Origin: Candidatus Bathyarchaeota archaeon
Lineage (GTDB): Archaea > Thermoproteota > Bathyarchaeia > Bathyarchaeales > Bathycorpusculaceae
NCBI GenBank assembly: GCA_963815095.1
Contig: CAWFFH010000006.1
Location: forward strand, 1 to 64,000
DNA length: 64,000 bases
Reading direction: 5' to 3'
Below the pieces are notes generated by a model that searched no databases, was not told where the DNA came from, and saw nothing but the letters and a program-made list of their open reading frames with translations. Position 1 is the stretch's first letter. Every line of letters begins with the position of its first letter. The translations under genes were made by a program, and so were the position numbers. This document shows positions 42,045 to 52,695 of the stretch, in pieces.

Positions 42045-43037
42045 TCAAAGATCCTCCAACATTGAAGCGATAACAAGCTCTAAAGAGCCTCTTTCTCTCT
42101 TGCTCTTTAATTTAGAGAGAGCTTGTATCGCTTCATTTTCTAACCTTTTTAAGTATTTCATCAATAAGGGAAGAGTATTCGTTTCTTGAATAATTTTCAA
42201 AAGCTCACGAGAATCATTTGAACTAATTTTATCTTTTGATAATAGTTCCCGAATTTTTGACGAATAAGCCTTGTTCTGAAGAGCATATAACAATTGAAGG
42301 GGAAGGCACCCATTTTTTATCCTATCAAATAACTCGTCTGGTTCAAAAAGATCAGCAAACTCTGCCCTAACAGCCAACAGCGTACCTAAATTTCTCCCAT
42401 AGACGCCCATTGCCTCGATTTCCTCTTCAGATCCGCCGCTAAAGATTGCACCTATTTTCATTCGACCTTCAATTTCTGCAGCTTTCTTAGTCAAAACCTG
42501 TAAATATGTTTCCGGCTTCACACTCCGACGTATTTTTTTCAATTCTATTTCAGAGATATGAGCGTTTACAACTTCAGCCAAGAAACTATTCATAATCTTC
42601 ATTATTAGATCCTGACGATCATTCGGTAATTTTGAAATACATTGATGAAGATAGTAGAAACTTCTTGTCATATACTCATCACCGATGAGCAAAGTGGTTT
42701 CTAGACCAAGTTTACCATAGGGAGTCTTTATTTTCTTTTTAGACAATGATCCATCAATTAAATCATCATGAATATCCATAGTAACATCAATGAATGATAA
42801 TGCAACTTGCAAAGGCACTATGTCTTCCAACTTGCCACCAACTGCTTCACTGGCAATTGCAAGAACGCCCGGTCTGGTCGTATCCTTCCATCTAGAAATA
42901 TATTGTTCAATTGCTCTATCGATTTTGCCATAACCGAAATTATTTTCATTAACAAGTTGCTGAAAAATAGCAAGAGCCTTTTCGCTTTTTTGATTAAGAA
43001 GCAATAAAGCTTTTTCAGCTTTGTTTTCTTGAGTCAT
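42045..43037 (-). CDS. Trans-isoprenyl diphosphate synthase-fold protein with degenerate SARM (ComQ-like prenyltransferase candidate)
   Basis: FARM DIHDDLID intact; RRG replaced by KKK; SARM region reads AVRAEFAD. Confidence 0.8.
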   Translation of the reverse strand: MTQENKAEKALLLLNQKSEKALAIFQQLVNENNFGYGKIDRAIEQYISRWKDTTRPGVLAIASEAVGGKLEDIVPLQVALSFIDVTMDIHDDLIDGSLSKKKIKTPYGKLGLETTLLIGDEYMTRSFYYLHQCISKLPNDRQDLIMKIMNSFLAEVVNAHISEIELKKIRRSVKPETYLQVLTKKAAEIEGRMKIGAIFSGGSEEEIEAMGVYGRNLGTLLAVRAEFADLFEPDELFDRIKNGCLPLQLLYALQNKAYSSKIRELLSKDKISSNDSRELLKIIQETNTLPLLMKYLKRLENEAIQALSKLKSKRERGSLELVIASMLEDL

Positions 43038-43226
43038 ATGGCTCTTATTGTGGGTAAATTGATATAATATTTTCGTAGCAAGAATTTTTGTAGAATTTAG
43101 AATTATTTTTTGACTGAGGTATGGTTGAATTCTTTTACAATCTGATATTATTCAAAATCATTATTTATGGGAATTATTTGTCGAATACAAAACTCTTAAT
43201 AGCTTTATTAATAATTCAACAGTTTC

Positions 43227-46109
43227 ATGAGCTCCAGCAAAGAAATTGAGGCTAAATGGCGTGGAAGTTGGGAATCAGCAGGGATTTTCGAATCAGATCC
43301 TGACCCAAAAAGACAGAAAATAATGGTTACTTTTCCCTTTCCATATATGAATGGTCCATTGCATGTAGGTCACACGTTCACAGCTTCCCGCGTGGATGCT
43401 TTCGCTCGATTCAAACGTATGCAGGGTTTTAATGTTCTTTGGCCTTGGGCTTGGCATTGGACCGGCCAACCGTTACTTGGAGCAAGTCAGCGTGTAGCTC
43501 GAGGTGACCAAGAATTCATCCGCGTCTTACGCGAAGTCGACGGTGTGCCAGAAGAGACAATTAAGAAATTCGTTGATCCCCTCTACATGGCTCAATATTA
43601 CACTGATGAAGGACGCTTAGCCGTCAAAGGCATAGGCTTCTCGGTGGATTGGCGACGAGAATTTACAACCGTTATGCCTACTTTCCAAAAATTTGTTGAG
43701 TGGCAGTATAAGAACCTTAAAGAAAAAGGATACGTCACACGAGGTACTCACCCAGTCGTTTGGTGCCCCAAAGACAAAAGCCCTACAGGCGACCATGACC
43801 GCCAAAGCGGCGAAGGCGTCACCCCCGAAGAATACACACTAATCAAATACAAACTCGAAAATGGCATCATTTTGCCAGCTGCCACTTTCCGACCAGAAAC
43901 CATCTACGCCATAACAAACATATGGATAAACCCGGAAGCCAAATACGTGGAAGCCACTGTAAATGGCGAATGCTGGATAATTAGCCAAGAAGCGGCAGAA
44001 AAACTAAAAGAACAGGAAAGAAAAATTGAAGTTAATCGGAGCTTCCAAGGCAAAGAACTCATCGGCAAAACCTTTGAGAACCCTGTCACAAAACTCAAGT
44101 TCCCAATTTTGCCTGGATGGTTTGTTGATCCCAAGACTGCCACGGGTGTAGTTTACAGCGTTCCCGCACATGCACCATATGATTGGCTTGCACTCAGAGA
44201 TCTTCAACAAAAACCCGAGGTTCTTACCCAGTTTGGAATAGACCCAGCAGTGGTTTGTCAGATTAAACCAATCTCAATTATCAAAGTTGAAGGCTTCGGC
44301 GATTTTCCTGCGATAGAAATAGTCGATAAAATGGGCATAAAAGATCAAAACGACCCAAAAGCTGACCAAGCTACAAAAGAACTCTACAAAAAAGAATTCC
44401 ACGGAGGAATCCTCAAGGAGAGTTGCGGTCCTTACGCTGGCAAGAGTGTGCGTGGAGTTAAGGATCTTCTTATCGAGGATTTTAAGAAGATGGGGGTGGC
44501 CGAAAGCATGTATGATTTGTCGGAACCCGTAGTTTGCCGCTGCATGACCCAATGCTTCGTAAAAATTCTCTCAGATCAATGGTTCCTAAACTATTCAGAT
44601 CCACAATGGAAGGAACAAGCCCACGCTGCCATCGCTCAAATGACAATTTACCCTGACTCCGCTAAGTCATCGTTCAACACAGTCATCGACTGGCTCCGCG
44701 AATGGGCGTGTGCAAGAACCACCGGTTTTGGAACGCCACTGCCATGGGGTAAAGGGTGGATAATAGAAACCCTCAGCGACTCCACAGTCTACATGGCGTT
44801 CTACACCATAAACAAACACATAAAACAACACAACATCAACCCACCGTCACTCAAGCCTGAAGTTTTTGATTACATATTCTACGGCAAAGGCAATTTGTCT
44901 GAACTTTCGAAAGACGTAGGAATCAAAACTGAGTTGCTGGATTCAATGCGTTCTGAATTCCTATATTGGTACCCATTTGACCTGCGAAACTCAGCCAAAG
45001 AACTTGTACCCAACCATCTCTCATTCTGCATCTTTCACCACGCAGCATTGTTTCCACCTGAACATTGGCCAAGAGCCATCGGCGTAAACGGCATGCTTAT
45101 GGTTGAAGGTCAAGGCATGCACAAAAGCAAAGGCAACTTTATAACCATGAAAAGCGCCGTCGAAAAATACGGTGCAGATGCAACCCGTTGCGGTTTATTG
45201 TTAGGTGCTGAGGGCATGGATGACCCAGATTGGCGAGCGGAAAACATAAGCGACTTACAAAGCAAGTTTACTGGGTTAATGGGTTTTGCAAGCGGCATTA
45301 TTGCGTCTGCCAAAAAAGAAGAAGACACAATGCTTGAGCGGTGGCTTCAGAGTAAACTTCAAACTCGAATAAAAGTGGTCACGGCGAGCTTAGAGGAACT
45401 TAAAACCCGAACAGCTCTGCAAGTGGCTTTGTTTGAAACTTGGAACGATTTACGTTGGTACATTCAACGAAAAGGCAACTCTGAATCTAAGGCATTGTGC
45501 GAAGCGGTTAAAGTTTGGCTAAAGATGCTTGCGCCTTTTGCTCCTTTCCTTTGCGAAGAGCTCTGGAACCAGACTGGTGAGGAAGGTTTCATTAGCGTTG
45601 CTTCGTGGCCAACTTTTGCAGCTCACAAGATTGATGTACCCGCAGAAGAGCAGGAGACCGAAATAACCAACTTAATGACTGACACATCCAACATCCTAAA
45701 AGCAACGAAAATAACACCAAAACGCATATGCTACTACACTGCTGCGCCTTGGAAATGGCAGGTTTACCTCAAAATCTTAGAAAAAACCGTGACTGGCGAA
45801 GCAAAAATTGGCGAGTTGATGAAGGAATTCGTCGCTGACAAAGACCTGAAACCTCACATGAAAGATATTGCAGGTCTGGTTCCGCGGGTGATTAAAGCTT
45901 TGACAAAAGTTTCAGGCGAGCGAAAAGTGAACATGCAACAAATCAAAATGGTGGACGAGAACGCCTTATTGATGGGTGCAGCCACTTTTTTGGGGGAACG
46001 CTTCAACGCAGAAGTATCAGTTTACAGCGAAACCAACCAAGAACGATTTGACCCCAAACAACGAGCAGCAATGGCAATGCCCTACCAACCAGCCATCTAC
46101 ATTGAATAA
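43227..46109 (+). CDS. leuS: Leucyl-tRNA synthetase, archaeal type
   Basis: PYMNGPLHVGH (HIGH), ATFRPET editing domain, GMHKSKGN (KMSKS). Confidence 0.96.
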   Translation: MSSSKEIEAKWRGSWESAGIFESDPDPKRQKIMVTFPFPYMNGPLHVGHTFTASRVDAFARFKRMQGFNVLWPWAWHWTGQPLLGASQRVARGDQEFIRVLREVDGVPEETIKKFVDPLYMAQYYTDEGRLAVKGIGFSVDWRREFTTVMPTFQKFVEWQYKNLKEKGYVTRGTHPVVWCPKDKSPTGDHDRQSGEGVTPEEYTLIKYKLENGIILPAATFRPETIYAITNIWINPEAKYVEATVNGECWIISQEAAEKLKEQERKIEVNRSFQGKELIGKTFENPVTKLKFPILPGWFVDPKTATGVVYSVPAHAPYDWLALRDLQQKPEVLTQFGIDPAVVCQIKPISIIKVEGFGDFPAIEIVDKMGIKDQNDPKADQATKELYKKEFHGGILKESCGPYAGKSVRGVKDLLIEDFKKMGVAESMYDLSEPVVCRCMTQCFVKILSDQWFLNYSDPQWKEQAHAAIAQMTIYPDSAKSSFNTVIDWLREWACARTTGFGTPLPWGKGWIIETLSDSTVYMAFYTINKHIKQHNINPPSLKPEVFDYIFYGKGNLSELSKDVGIKTELLDSMRSEFLYWYPFDLRNSAKELVPNHLSFCIFHHAALFPPEHWPRAIGVNGMLMVEGQGMHKSKGNFITMKSAVEKYGADATRCGLLLGAEGMDDPDWRAENISDLQSKFTGLMGFASGIIASAKKEEDTMLERWLQSKLQTRIKVVTASLEELKTRTALQVALFETWNDLRWYIQRKGNSESKALCEAVKVWLKMLAPFAPFLCEELWNQTGEEGFISVASWPTFAAHKIDVPAEEQETEITNLMTDTSNILKATKITPKRICYYTAAPWKWQVYLKILEKTVTGEAKIGELMKEFVADKDLKPHMKDIAGLVPRVIKALTKVSGERKVNMQQIKMVDENALLMGAATFLGERFNAEVSVYSETNQERFDPKQRAAMAMPYQPAIYIE

Positions 46110-46388
46110 TTATGCATGGTTTTTTTATTACTCTTATTTAAGAAAGGATATGTTATTGGGGCAAGACTTTTGGTCTTTCTTGTTATTTTTTACAACATTT
46201 TTAGAGTAAAAGCTAGCGGGTACCTTGTCTATCTTTTTCCCCTTAAATTAAAATGGCAGATTCTTGAGCAGCATCAGTCAAAGATATATTCAAAAAAATC
46301 GTTGCACTTACTTTGTTAAACAAAGGTTTTTAATGCAAAAAATAATAAGGTTAGCCGAGTAAGCTCTAACGATAACGAGGCAAACAGT

Positions 46389-47669
46389 TTGAAACTAATC
46401 TTTGTTGCAATAGATGGTATGGGCGATATACCAATAAAGTCATTAGGTAACAAAACTCCCCTTGAAGTAGCCGAAACTCCCAACATGGATGCACTTGCCA
46501 AAACTGGAAAGACTGGCTTGATGTATTCGGTCAAGAAGGGTGTCGCTCCAGAGAGCGACGTTGCGGTTATTTCGCTTTTAGGCTATGACCCCTTCAAGTA
46601 TAGTACAGGCCGAGGCGTCATAGAAGCGGCTGGTGTAGGCTTGAAGATGAAAGATGGAGATTTAGCTCTACGATGCAATTTTGCCACATTGGGGAAAGGA
46701 AAAAACATACTTGACCGTCGAGTAGCTCGAAGTTTAAGCACTGAAGAAGCTACTGAGTTAACTAAAGCGGTAAATAAAGAAGTAAAACTGGAATCGTACC
46801 CTGCCACTTTTGAGTTCCGCAACACTCTTGGGCACCGGGCAGTATTGTTAATTAAGAGTAAAGCTAAGCCTCTTTCGAGCAATATAACCAACAGTGACCC
46901 CGCCTACACAATCGTTAACGGCATTGGTGTAGCAAAAGCTGAAGTTGAAATGATACTGCAAACCTGCGAACCTACAGATAACACCGAGGCAGCAAAAGTC
47001 TCGGCGGGGCTGGTAAACGAGTTCATAGAAAAATCACATGAGCTATGGGAAAATCACCCAATAAACCAAAAGCGCGCTGCAGAAGGTAAACTGAAAGCAA
47101 ACGTGGTCTTAACACGTGACGCAGGGCATTTGCTTCCAAAATTCTTCAACATAGATGAGCGCTACCACGTGGATTTTGCTTGTTTAGCGGACATGCATGC
47201 AGAACGCGGCATAGCTCAACTAGCGGGTATGGAGGCTTCCCTTCTTCCGCCGCCTTCAGGAAACCTACAGAAAGATTGCGAAGTCAGAGTAAAGGCACTC
47301 CTAGAAGCCTTGCCAAAGCATGATTGCTTCTACATTCACCTTAAAGGACCCGACGAACCAGGACACGACGGCAACTGCACACTAAAAACCCAGATTATAT
47401 CAGCCATCGACAAATACTTCTTTGGACCACTACTGAAGCAGATTTCTCTTGAAGACAACCTTATCTGCATAACCACTGACCACGCAACACCTTGCGCACT
47501 TAAAGTGCATAGTGACACGCCGGTTCCAGTGATGATCTCAGGAGACAAAATTATTGGTAGTGGCAAAGCAGTTAAGTTCAGTGAACGGGAATGTGCAAAA
47601 GGTAGCCTTGGAACTATAGAGCGTGGCTGTGAATTGATGCCTAAACTTATGGAGCTATTAAAAAAATAG
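46389..47669 (+). CDS. apgM: 2,3-BPG-independent phosphoglycerate mutase, archaeal type
   Basis: IDGMGD..TPLEVAETPNMD, PESDVA, HLKGPDEPGHDG, TDHATP. Confidence 0.9.
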   Translation: MKLIFVAIDGMGDIPIKSLGNKTPLEVAETPNMDALAKTGKTGLMYSVKKGVAPESDVAVISLLGYDPFKYSTGRGVIEAAGVGLKMKDGDLALRCNFATLGKGKNILDRRVARSLSTEEATELTKAVNKEVKLESYPATFEFRNTLGHRAVLLIKSKAKPLSSNITNSDPAYTIVNGIGVAKAEVEMILQTCEPTDNTEAAKVSAGLVNEFIEKSHELWENHPINQKRAAEGKLKANVVLTRDAGHLLPKFFNIDERYHVDFACLADMHAERGIAQLAGMEASLLPPPSGNLQKDCEVRVKALLEALPKHDCFYIHLKGPDEPGHDGNCTLKTQIISAIDKYFFGPLLKQISLEDNLICITTDHATPCALKVHSDTPVPVMISGDKIIGSGKAVKFSERECAKGSLGTIERGCELMPKLMELLKK

Positions 47670-47923
47670 CCCACATTAATTTCTTTAAAAAAACAATTTT
47701 CCTATTGTTTTGTAATTAGACAATATGTTGCTTTATAAGGTTTTTTTTGGACAATTTTGTGATTAATTGGTTTTACCCGAATAATTGTTGTATGATCACA
47801 ACGCTTACGAGCATTTTGTTGGACATTTATCAAAATTTACCCTTCTATTCAATGCGAATGTATAGTTTAAATATTTGTTTGACAAAAATGGGGGATAAGC
47901 AATCACAAAGGAAGGGAAGAAGG

Positions 47924-49216
47924 ATGGCTGTAAATCCAGCGGACATAGCATGGGTTTTAACGTCAACAGCTTTGGTCATGTTGATGACTCCAGCCTTGGC
48001 CTTCTTTTACGGCGGTTTAGTGCGCAGAAAAAACCTCGTATCCACGTTGGTCCAATGCATTGCCATCTTCGCCGTTGTAAGCCTCGTGTGGTTCTTCTGG
48101 GGTTACAGTCTTGTTTTCGGACCAAGCGTCGGCGGAGTCATCGGAAACCTGTCACTGGTCGGCTTAAACGGAATAACTGTGAACACCATTAACACTACAT
48201 ATGCACAAGGAATTCCTGAAATCTTGTTTTTCGCATTCCAACTAAAATTCGCAGCAATCACCCCCGCACTCATTATCGGTGCCTGCGCAGAAAGAATCCG
48301 CTTCCGGTCCCTTCTAATCTTCGTCATCTTGTGGTCTACACTCATTTATTCACCAATCGCGCACTGGATTTGGAACGCCAACGGCTGGTTACGAGTTTTG
48401 GGAGCATGGGATTTTGCAGGCGGCATAGTAGTACACGTTGCAGCTGGATTGTCGGCGCTAGCGGCTGCACTTATTGTTGGTAGACGTAAGGGCTGTGTCT
48501 ACTGGAAAGACCAAATGAAAGCTTTAGACCACAAAAACCCAAATGCACCCGCCATGGGCACAGAGTTTAAACCAACAAACATTCCTTATGTGATTCTGGG
48601 CGCAGGACTGCTATGGTTTGGCTGGTTCGGATTCAACGGCGGAAGCGCACTTGGAGCCGACAGCATCGCAGTTTCCGCTGTCGTTGCAACTAATCTGGCG
48701 GCGGCTGCAGCGGCAGTAAGTTGGATGATTCTCGATTGGGTTATCAAGGGTAAACCATCCGCAATTGGAATATCGGTGGGTGCAGTTTGCGGCATGGCGG
48801 CGGTTACGGCGGCTGCGGGATACATTAACTTCACAGCAGCAGTCATCATCGGGTTGGCAGCGGGTATAATTTCGAATTTGGTTGCTAATTGGCGTGCAGG
48901 ACGCTCAAGAATCGATGATACACTTGATGTTTTTGCCTGCCATGGCATAGGCGGAATCATCGGTGCAGTAGCAGTTGGTTTGTTTGCCTCCGTCGCTGTT
49001 AACTTTACAGTCACTAACGGCTTATTCTATGGAAATCCCGCGTTACTTGGCATTCAAGTGTTAGCAGTGGTGGTTGTAGCGGCCTTCGCATTCTTCGGTT
49101 CTTATGCGCTTTTGAGGGTTGTGGATTTGTTCTCTCCGCTACGAGTGAGCCCAAAAGAGGAAGATGAAGGCTTAGACATGAGCCAGCATGGAGAAGAAGC
49201 ATACAACCTCGACTAA
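47924..49216 (+). CDS. amtB: Ammonium transporter (Amt) copy 1
   Basis: LMTPALAFFYGG, DFAGGIVVH, WFGWFGFNGGS, DDTLDVFACHG; start set at ATG after GGAAGG. Confidence 0.93.
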   Translation: MAVNPADIAWVLTSTALVMLMTPALAFFYGGLVRRKNLVSTLVQCIAIFAVVSLVWFFWGYSLVFGPSVGGVIGNLSLVGLNGITVNTINTTYAQGIPEILFFAFQLKFAAITPALIIGACAERIRFRSLLIFVILWSTLIYSPIAHWIWNANGWLRVLGAWDFAGGIVVHVAAGLSALAAALIVGRRKGCVYWKDQMKALDHKNPNAPAMGTEFKPTNIPYVILGAGLLWFGWFGFNGGSALGADSIAVSAVVATNLAAAAAAVSWMILDWVIKGKPSAIGISVGAVCGMAAVTAAAGYINFTAAVIIGLAAGIISNLVANWRAGRSRIDDTLDVFACHGIGGIIGAVAVGLFASVAVNFTVTNGLFYGNPALLGIQVLAVVVVAAFAFFGSYALLRVVDLFSPLRVSPKEEDEGLDMSQHGEEAYNLD

Positions 49217-49495
49217 GTCTTTGTCTTAAAATCTATAACGTTTGATTTAACGATAGGCGACTTATACTTCATTTAGCGCCCTTCATAATCGCTATACAAA
49301 TTGTTTTGAGTTGTCAATACGTTGTAATTCAGTCTTGGTCAAGAAATATTGACTAAAAGCTAATAGTTAGTTCAGAAACCTTGACAAAAAAGGTTTTATT
49401 TTCAATCAACCGAACGTAAGTCAGATCAAACGGTAAGAACGCATGCGGTTGTTTGCAAAGATATATGAATAAAGAACAAGAATGGGGTAGCATAG

Positions 49496-51130
49496 GTGTG
49501 GATAGGTATTAAACAGCGGACACTTCTCTGTTTACTTATTGCAGCCCTCATAGCTGTTTATTTTCTGAGCGTACAGGTCGCACCAGCCAGCTCCTGCTTC
49601 GGCCCCTGCATAACCGCAGATATAAACAGCACACAAGTTATCCTCAACGAAACCGTCACAGTAACAGGACAAGTCTGTCCGCCTGAAGAAAACAAGACCA
49701 TTAGAGTAGCTTTCACCCGTCCCGACTACACTTACGTGGAACAATATGCTCTCACAGACCCCGTGTCAGGCAATTTTACGGTTACACAAAAACTTGACAT
49801 GTCAGGATACTGGAATATTTTTGCCATTAACGGACATATCTGTGACCGATTATTCGCGCAAGTAACTGACCCAGCAAACCCTAATGCGCCGTTGCCAAGC
49901 CCCAGTGTTCCATTAAATTATAAACCTAACTATGCCGTTATCGGTGGAGCTGCAGTTTTATTAAGCATCGGTACAATTACGCTTCTTTTTGGGACCCGAA
50001 ACAAAACTCGAAAAATAAGTTCTCTGCGCTTGTTTGTTCAAATAGGATTAATCTTTGTCATATTCTTCGGTATCTTCGTTGACCATTATGGCTTTCCTGT
50101 GCCTGCTGCGCAAATTGACCCTCATGAAGTAGACATTTCAACCAATGTGCTTGGCGTGGGTATGCCTGATGGGTTGCCTGCTCCGTTTTTTGGCTGTTAC
50201 TATCCATGCGGAAGAGTGGCAACTTGTGCGTTATGGCAGATTCAAGCCTACATTTACCCTTTCTTTACGACAGGGGGTGGTTGGGGCGTACACTATGATT
50301 CTACTGGGCTTGCGCGATTAGCGATAGTTTTTGGCATTATCATTTTGGCAGCCGTTGTTCTAGGGCGTGTCTGGTGCGGTTGGGTTTGTCCATTCGGATT
50401 ATATGTGGACTTGATGACGCGTCTACGAAAAGCGCTAAAGATAAAACGTCGCAACTTTTCCGACAGGTTTAACCAGCGTTTCCACCAACTAAGCTACGTC
50501 ATCTTAGCTCTACTCATCATTGTAAGCGTAGTTTTTGCTTCCCAAGCCATCGCAGGCACCCAACTGGTAGCGGGAAGCCAAAAAGGCGGATTTGTCTATA
50601 CCTATTTCTCAACACCATTCTGTCAAGTTTGCCCTATGAAACCTCTCTGCGTCTTAGCAGAAACGGGCGTTGGTTTAATGAAGCCTCAATGGATAACCCA
50701 GAACACCACAGGACAATTCTGGCAGCTAGGTCAGTACATAACCTCAACCAATCTCATCATTCTGGGTGTAGTTACGGTTGCCGCGTTCTTTTTCCGTCGT
50801 TCATGGTGCCGAATTTGTCCTCTTGGTGGCTTAATTGCTCTTTTCAACCGTTTTCCTCCCTTCAAATGGATCAGTGGCGTACACCTAAACAAAGTAGAAG
50901 AAAAATGCACTAAATGCGGCATTTGCAAACGGGTTTGCCCCACTCAAGTAAAGGAGGTTTATGAGCAAAAAAGCGGCGACGTTGCATCTTCCCAATGCAT
51001 CTTCTGTCTGCGCTGCGTTGAGATGTGTCCTAATCAGAATTGTTTGCAGTTCAAGTTTTTCGGCAAAACTTTAGTTAGATCAAGGGATTGGTTAAATAAT
51101 TCGAACAATGTGAAGGTGGATGGTGAATGA
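49496..51130 (+). CDS. NapH/MauN-like membrane polyferredoxin with N-terminal extracellular domain
   Basis: GRVWCGWVCPFG, CQVCP, WCRICPLG, two CxxCxxCxxxCP motifs. Confidence 0.8.
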   Translation: MWIGIKQRTLLCLLIAALIAVYFLSVQVAPASSCFGPCITADINSTQVILNETVTVTGQVCPPEENKTIRVAFTRPDYTYVEQYALTDPVSGNFTVTQKLDMSGYWNIFAINGHICDRLFAQVTDPANPNAPLPSPSVPLNYKPNYAVIGGAAVLLSIGTITLLFGTRNKTRKISSLRLFVQIGLIFVIFFGIFVDHYGFPVPAAQIDPHEVDISTNVLGVGMPDGLPAPFFGCYYPCGRVATCALWQIQAYIYPFFTTGGGWGVHYDSTGLARLAIVFGIIILAAVVLGRVWCGWVCPFGLYVDLMTRLRKALKIKRRNFSDRFNQRFHQLSYVILALLIIVSVVFASQAIAGTQLVAGSQKGGFVYTYFSTPFCQVCPMKPLCVLAETGVGLMKPQWITQNTTGQFWQLGQYITSTNLIILGVVTVAAFFFRRSWCRICPLGGLIALFNRFPPFKWISGVHLNKVEEKCTKCGICKRVCPTQVKEVYEQKSGDVASSQCIFCLRCVEMCPNQNCLQFKFFGKTLVRSRDWLNNSNNVKVDGE

Positions 51131-52055
51131 GGAGTTGAAAGCTCAGAAAAAAGTGGTGTACGCTCTCATTGTTTTAATGCTTGCTTCACTAGTCGTCCTG
51201 GCCAAACCGGCAAATTCCCAAGTGCCTCTGCAAACCATAGTTATTAACGCTGATGGCAGCGTTTCTCCAAGCACGGCCCCAATCCAACGTAGCGGAAATA
51301 CTTACACCTTCACGGGTAACCTGTACGCTGCAATCAAGATTTTCAGAAGCAACATTGTGCTCGACGGCAATGGTCATACTCTGAGCGGGCCATATAATGG
51401 GACTGCATCGGACATTTGGGTTGTTGGCAGTGGACCCGACAAAAGTACATTGGCCCAATACGTGATAGGTGTAGACTTATCTAGTAGCAGCGTAAGTGGG
51501 GTCACAGTTGAGAATCTCAACGTTTTGAACTTTAGCATAGGCATGTACATTTGGACTGCAAATGACTCGGTAATTGGAAATGTAATATCCAACAACATAG
51601 TTGGGCTTCTTGTTTCGGGTTCAAACATGACTATAACCGAGAATTACATATCAAGTAATATTCGGGGGCTCTTTTTTGGTTTCACAACAGGAGGTATCCC
51701 TGAGGACATTTACATTTACAACAATGACTTCGAAAAGAATGATATTCAGATGAACGGTTGTACCTGCAAAGAGCTGAACATGTCCGAACTAATTCACGAC
51801 TGGGATTTTGGTAAAATTGGAAACTACTGGAGTGACTACAACGGCACAGACACAATTCGCGCCGGTATAGGCGATACACCCTACATCATCGACGCTCTAA
51901 ACCAAGACCGCTATCCCCTTATGGAGAGCCCGATTAAAACTTCCATTCCAGCAGCAAAAATTCCTGTTGAAGCAATAGCTTTGGGTGTTTCTGCTATGGG
52001 AGTGGTTGTTGTGGTCGGGGCTGCGTTTGTTTATAGGCGAAAAGAGAAAGCATAA
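51120..52055 (+). CDS. Secreted, C-terminally anchored NosD/CASH beta-helix protein
   Basis: Signal peptide, LDGNGHTL, N-rich repeats, GNYWSDY..GIGDTPY..DRYPL, TM plus RRKEK. Confidence 0.8.
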   Translation: MVNEELKAQKKVVYALIVLMLASLVVLAKPANSQVPLQTIVINADGSVSPSTAPIQRSGNTYTFTGNLYAAIKIFRSNIVLDGNGHTLSGPYNGTASDIWVVGSGPDKSTLAQYVIGVDLSSSSVSGVTVENLNVLNFSIGMYIWTANDSVIGNVISNNIVGLLVSGSNMTITENYISSNIRGLFFGFTTGGIPEDIYIYNNDFEKNDIQMNGCTCKELNMSELIHDWDFGKIGNYWSDYNGTDTIRAGIGDTPYIIDALNQDRYPLMESPIKTSIPAAKIPVEAIALGVSAMGVVVVVGAAFVYRRKEKA

Positions 52056-52102
52056 GGGCTGTTTGCGGTATTCTTTTATCTCAATTTCAATTAACAGTTG
52101 AT

Positions 52103-52693
52103 GTGATTTGTATGAAAGTTGTTGCCATAAACGGAAGCGCAAGAAAAGATGGAAACACGGCCATTTTGATTCGGCGCGTTTTTCAGGTTCTTGAGAGCGA
52201 AGGAATAGAAACTGAACTTATCCAGCTTGCTGGCGAGCAGATTCATGGCTGCATGGCGTGCGGAACATGCCGAAAAGTAAAGAATAAACAATGTAAAATC
52301 GTAAATGATAACGTTAATCTCTACATAGAGAAGATTGCTACCGCTGACGGGATAATTCTTGGTTCACCAACGTACTTTTCAATGATGACTTCAGAGATGA
52401 AGGCACTTATCGATCGAGCAGGATTTGTCGGCAGAGCCAATGATGATTTGTTTAAACACAAAGTCGGCGCAGCAGTAGTAGCTGTTCGAAGAGCAGGTGG
52501 CATCCCAACATTTGACGCCATCAACCACTTTTTCCTCATCAGCCAGATGATTGTTCCTGGCTCATCTTACTGGAACGTAGGTATAGGTTTAGCAAAAGGT
52601 GATGTCGAAAAAGATGAAGAAGGAATGAAAACAATGGAAGATTTGGGGAAAAATATGGCTTGGCTCTTAAAACAGCTCAAGCCATCTTCTTAA
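52103..52693 (+). CDS. Iron-sulfur flavoprotein (Isf/flavodoxin-like)
   Basis: [18 protein letters not shown]....C, GSPTYF. Confidence 0.88.
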   Translation: MICMKVVAINGSARKDGNTAILIRRVFQVLESEGIETELIQLAGEQIHGCMACGTCRKVKNKQCKIVNDNVNLYIEKIATADGIILGSPTYFSMMTSEMKALIDRAGFVGRANDDLFKHKVGAAVVAVRRAGGIPTFDAINHFFLISQMIVPGSSYWNVGIGLAKGDVEKDEEGMKTMEDLGKNMAWLLKQLKPSS

Positions 52694-52695
52694 GT

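Noticed and set aside
41861-42076. 71-aa minus-strand ORF in the track
   Set aside because: Overlaps the prenyltransferase end and the divergent promoters; the plus-strand 17-aa ORF has much better signals.
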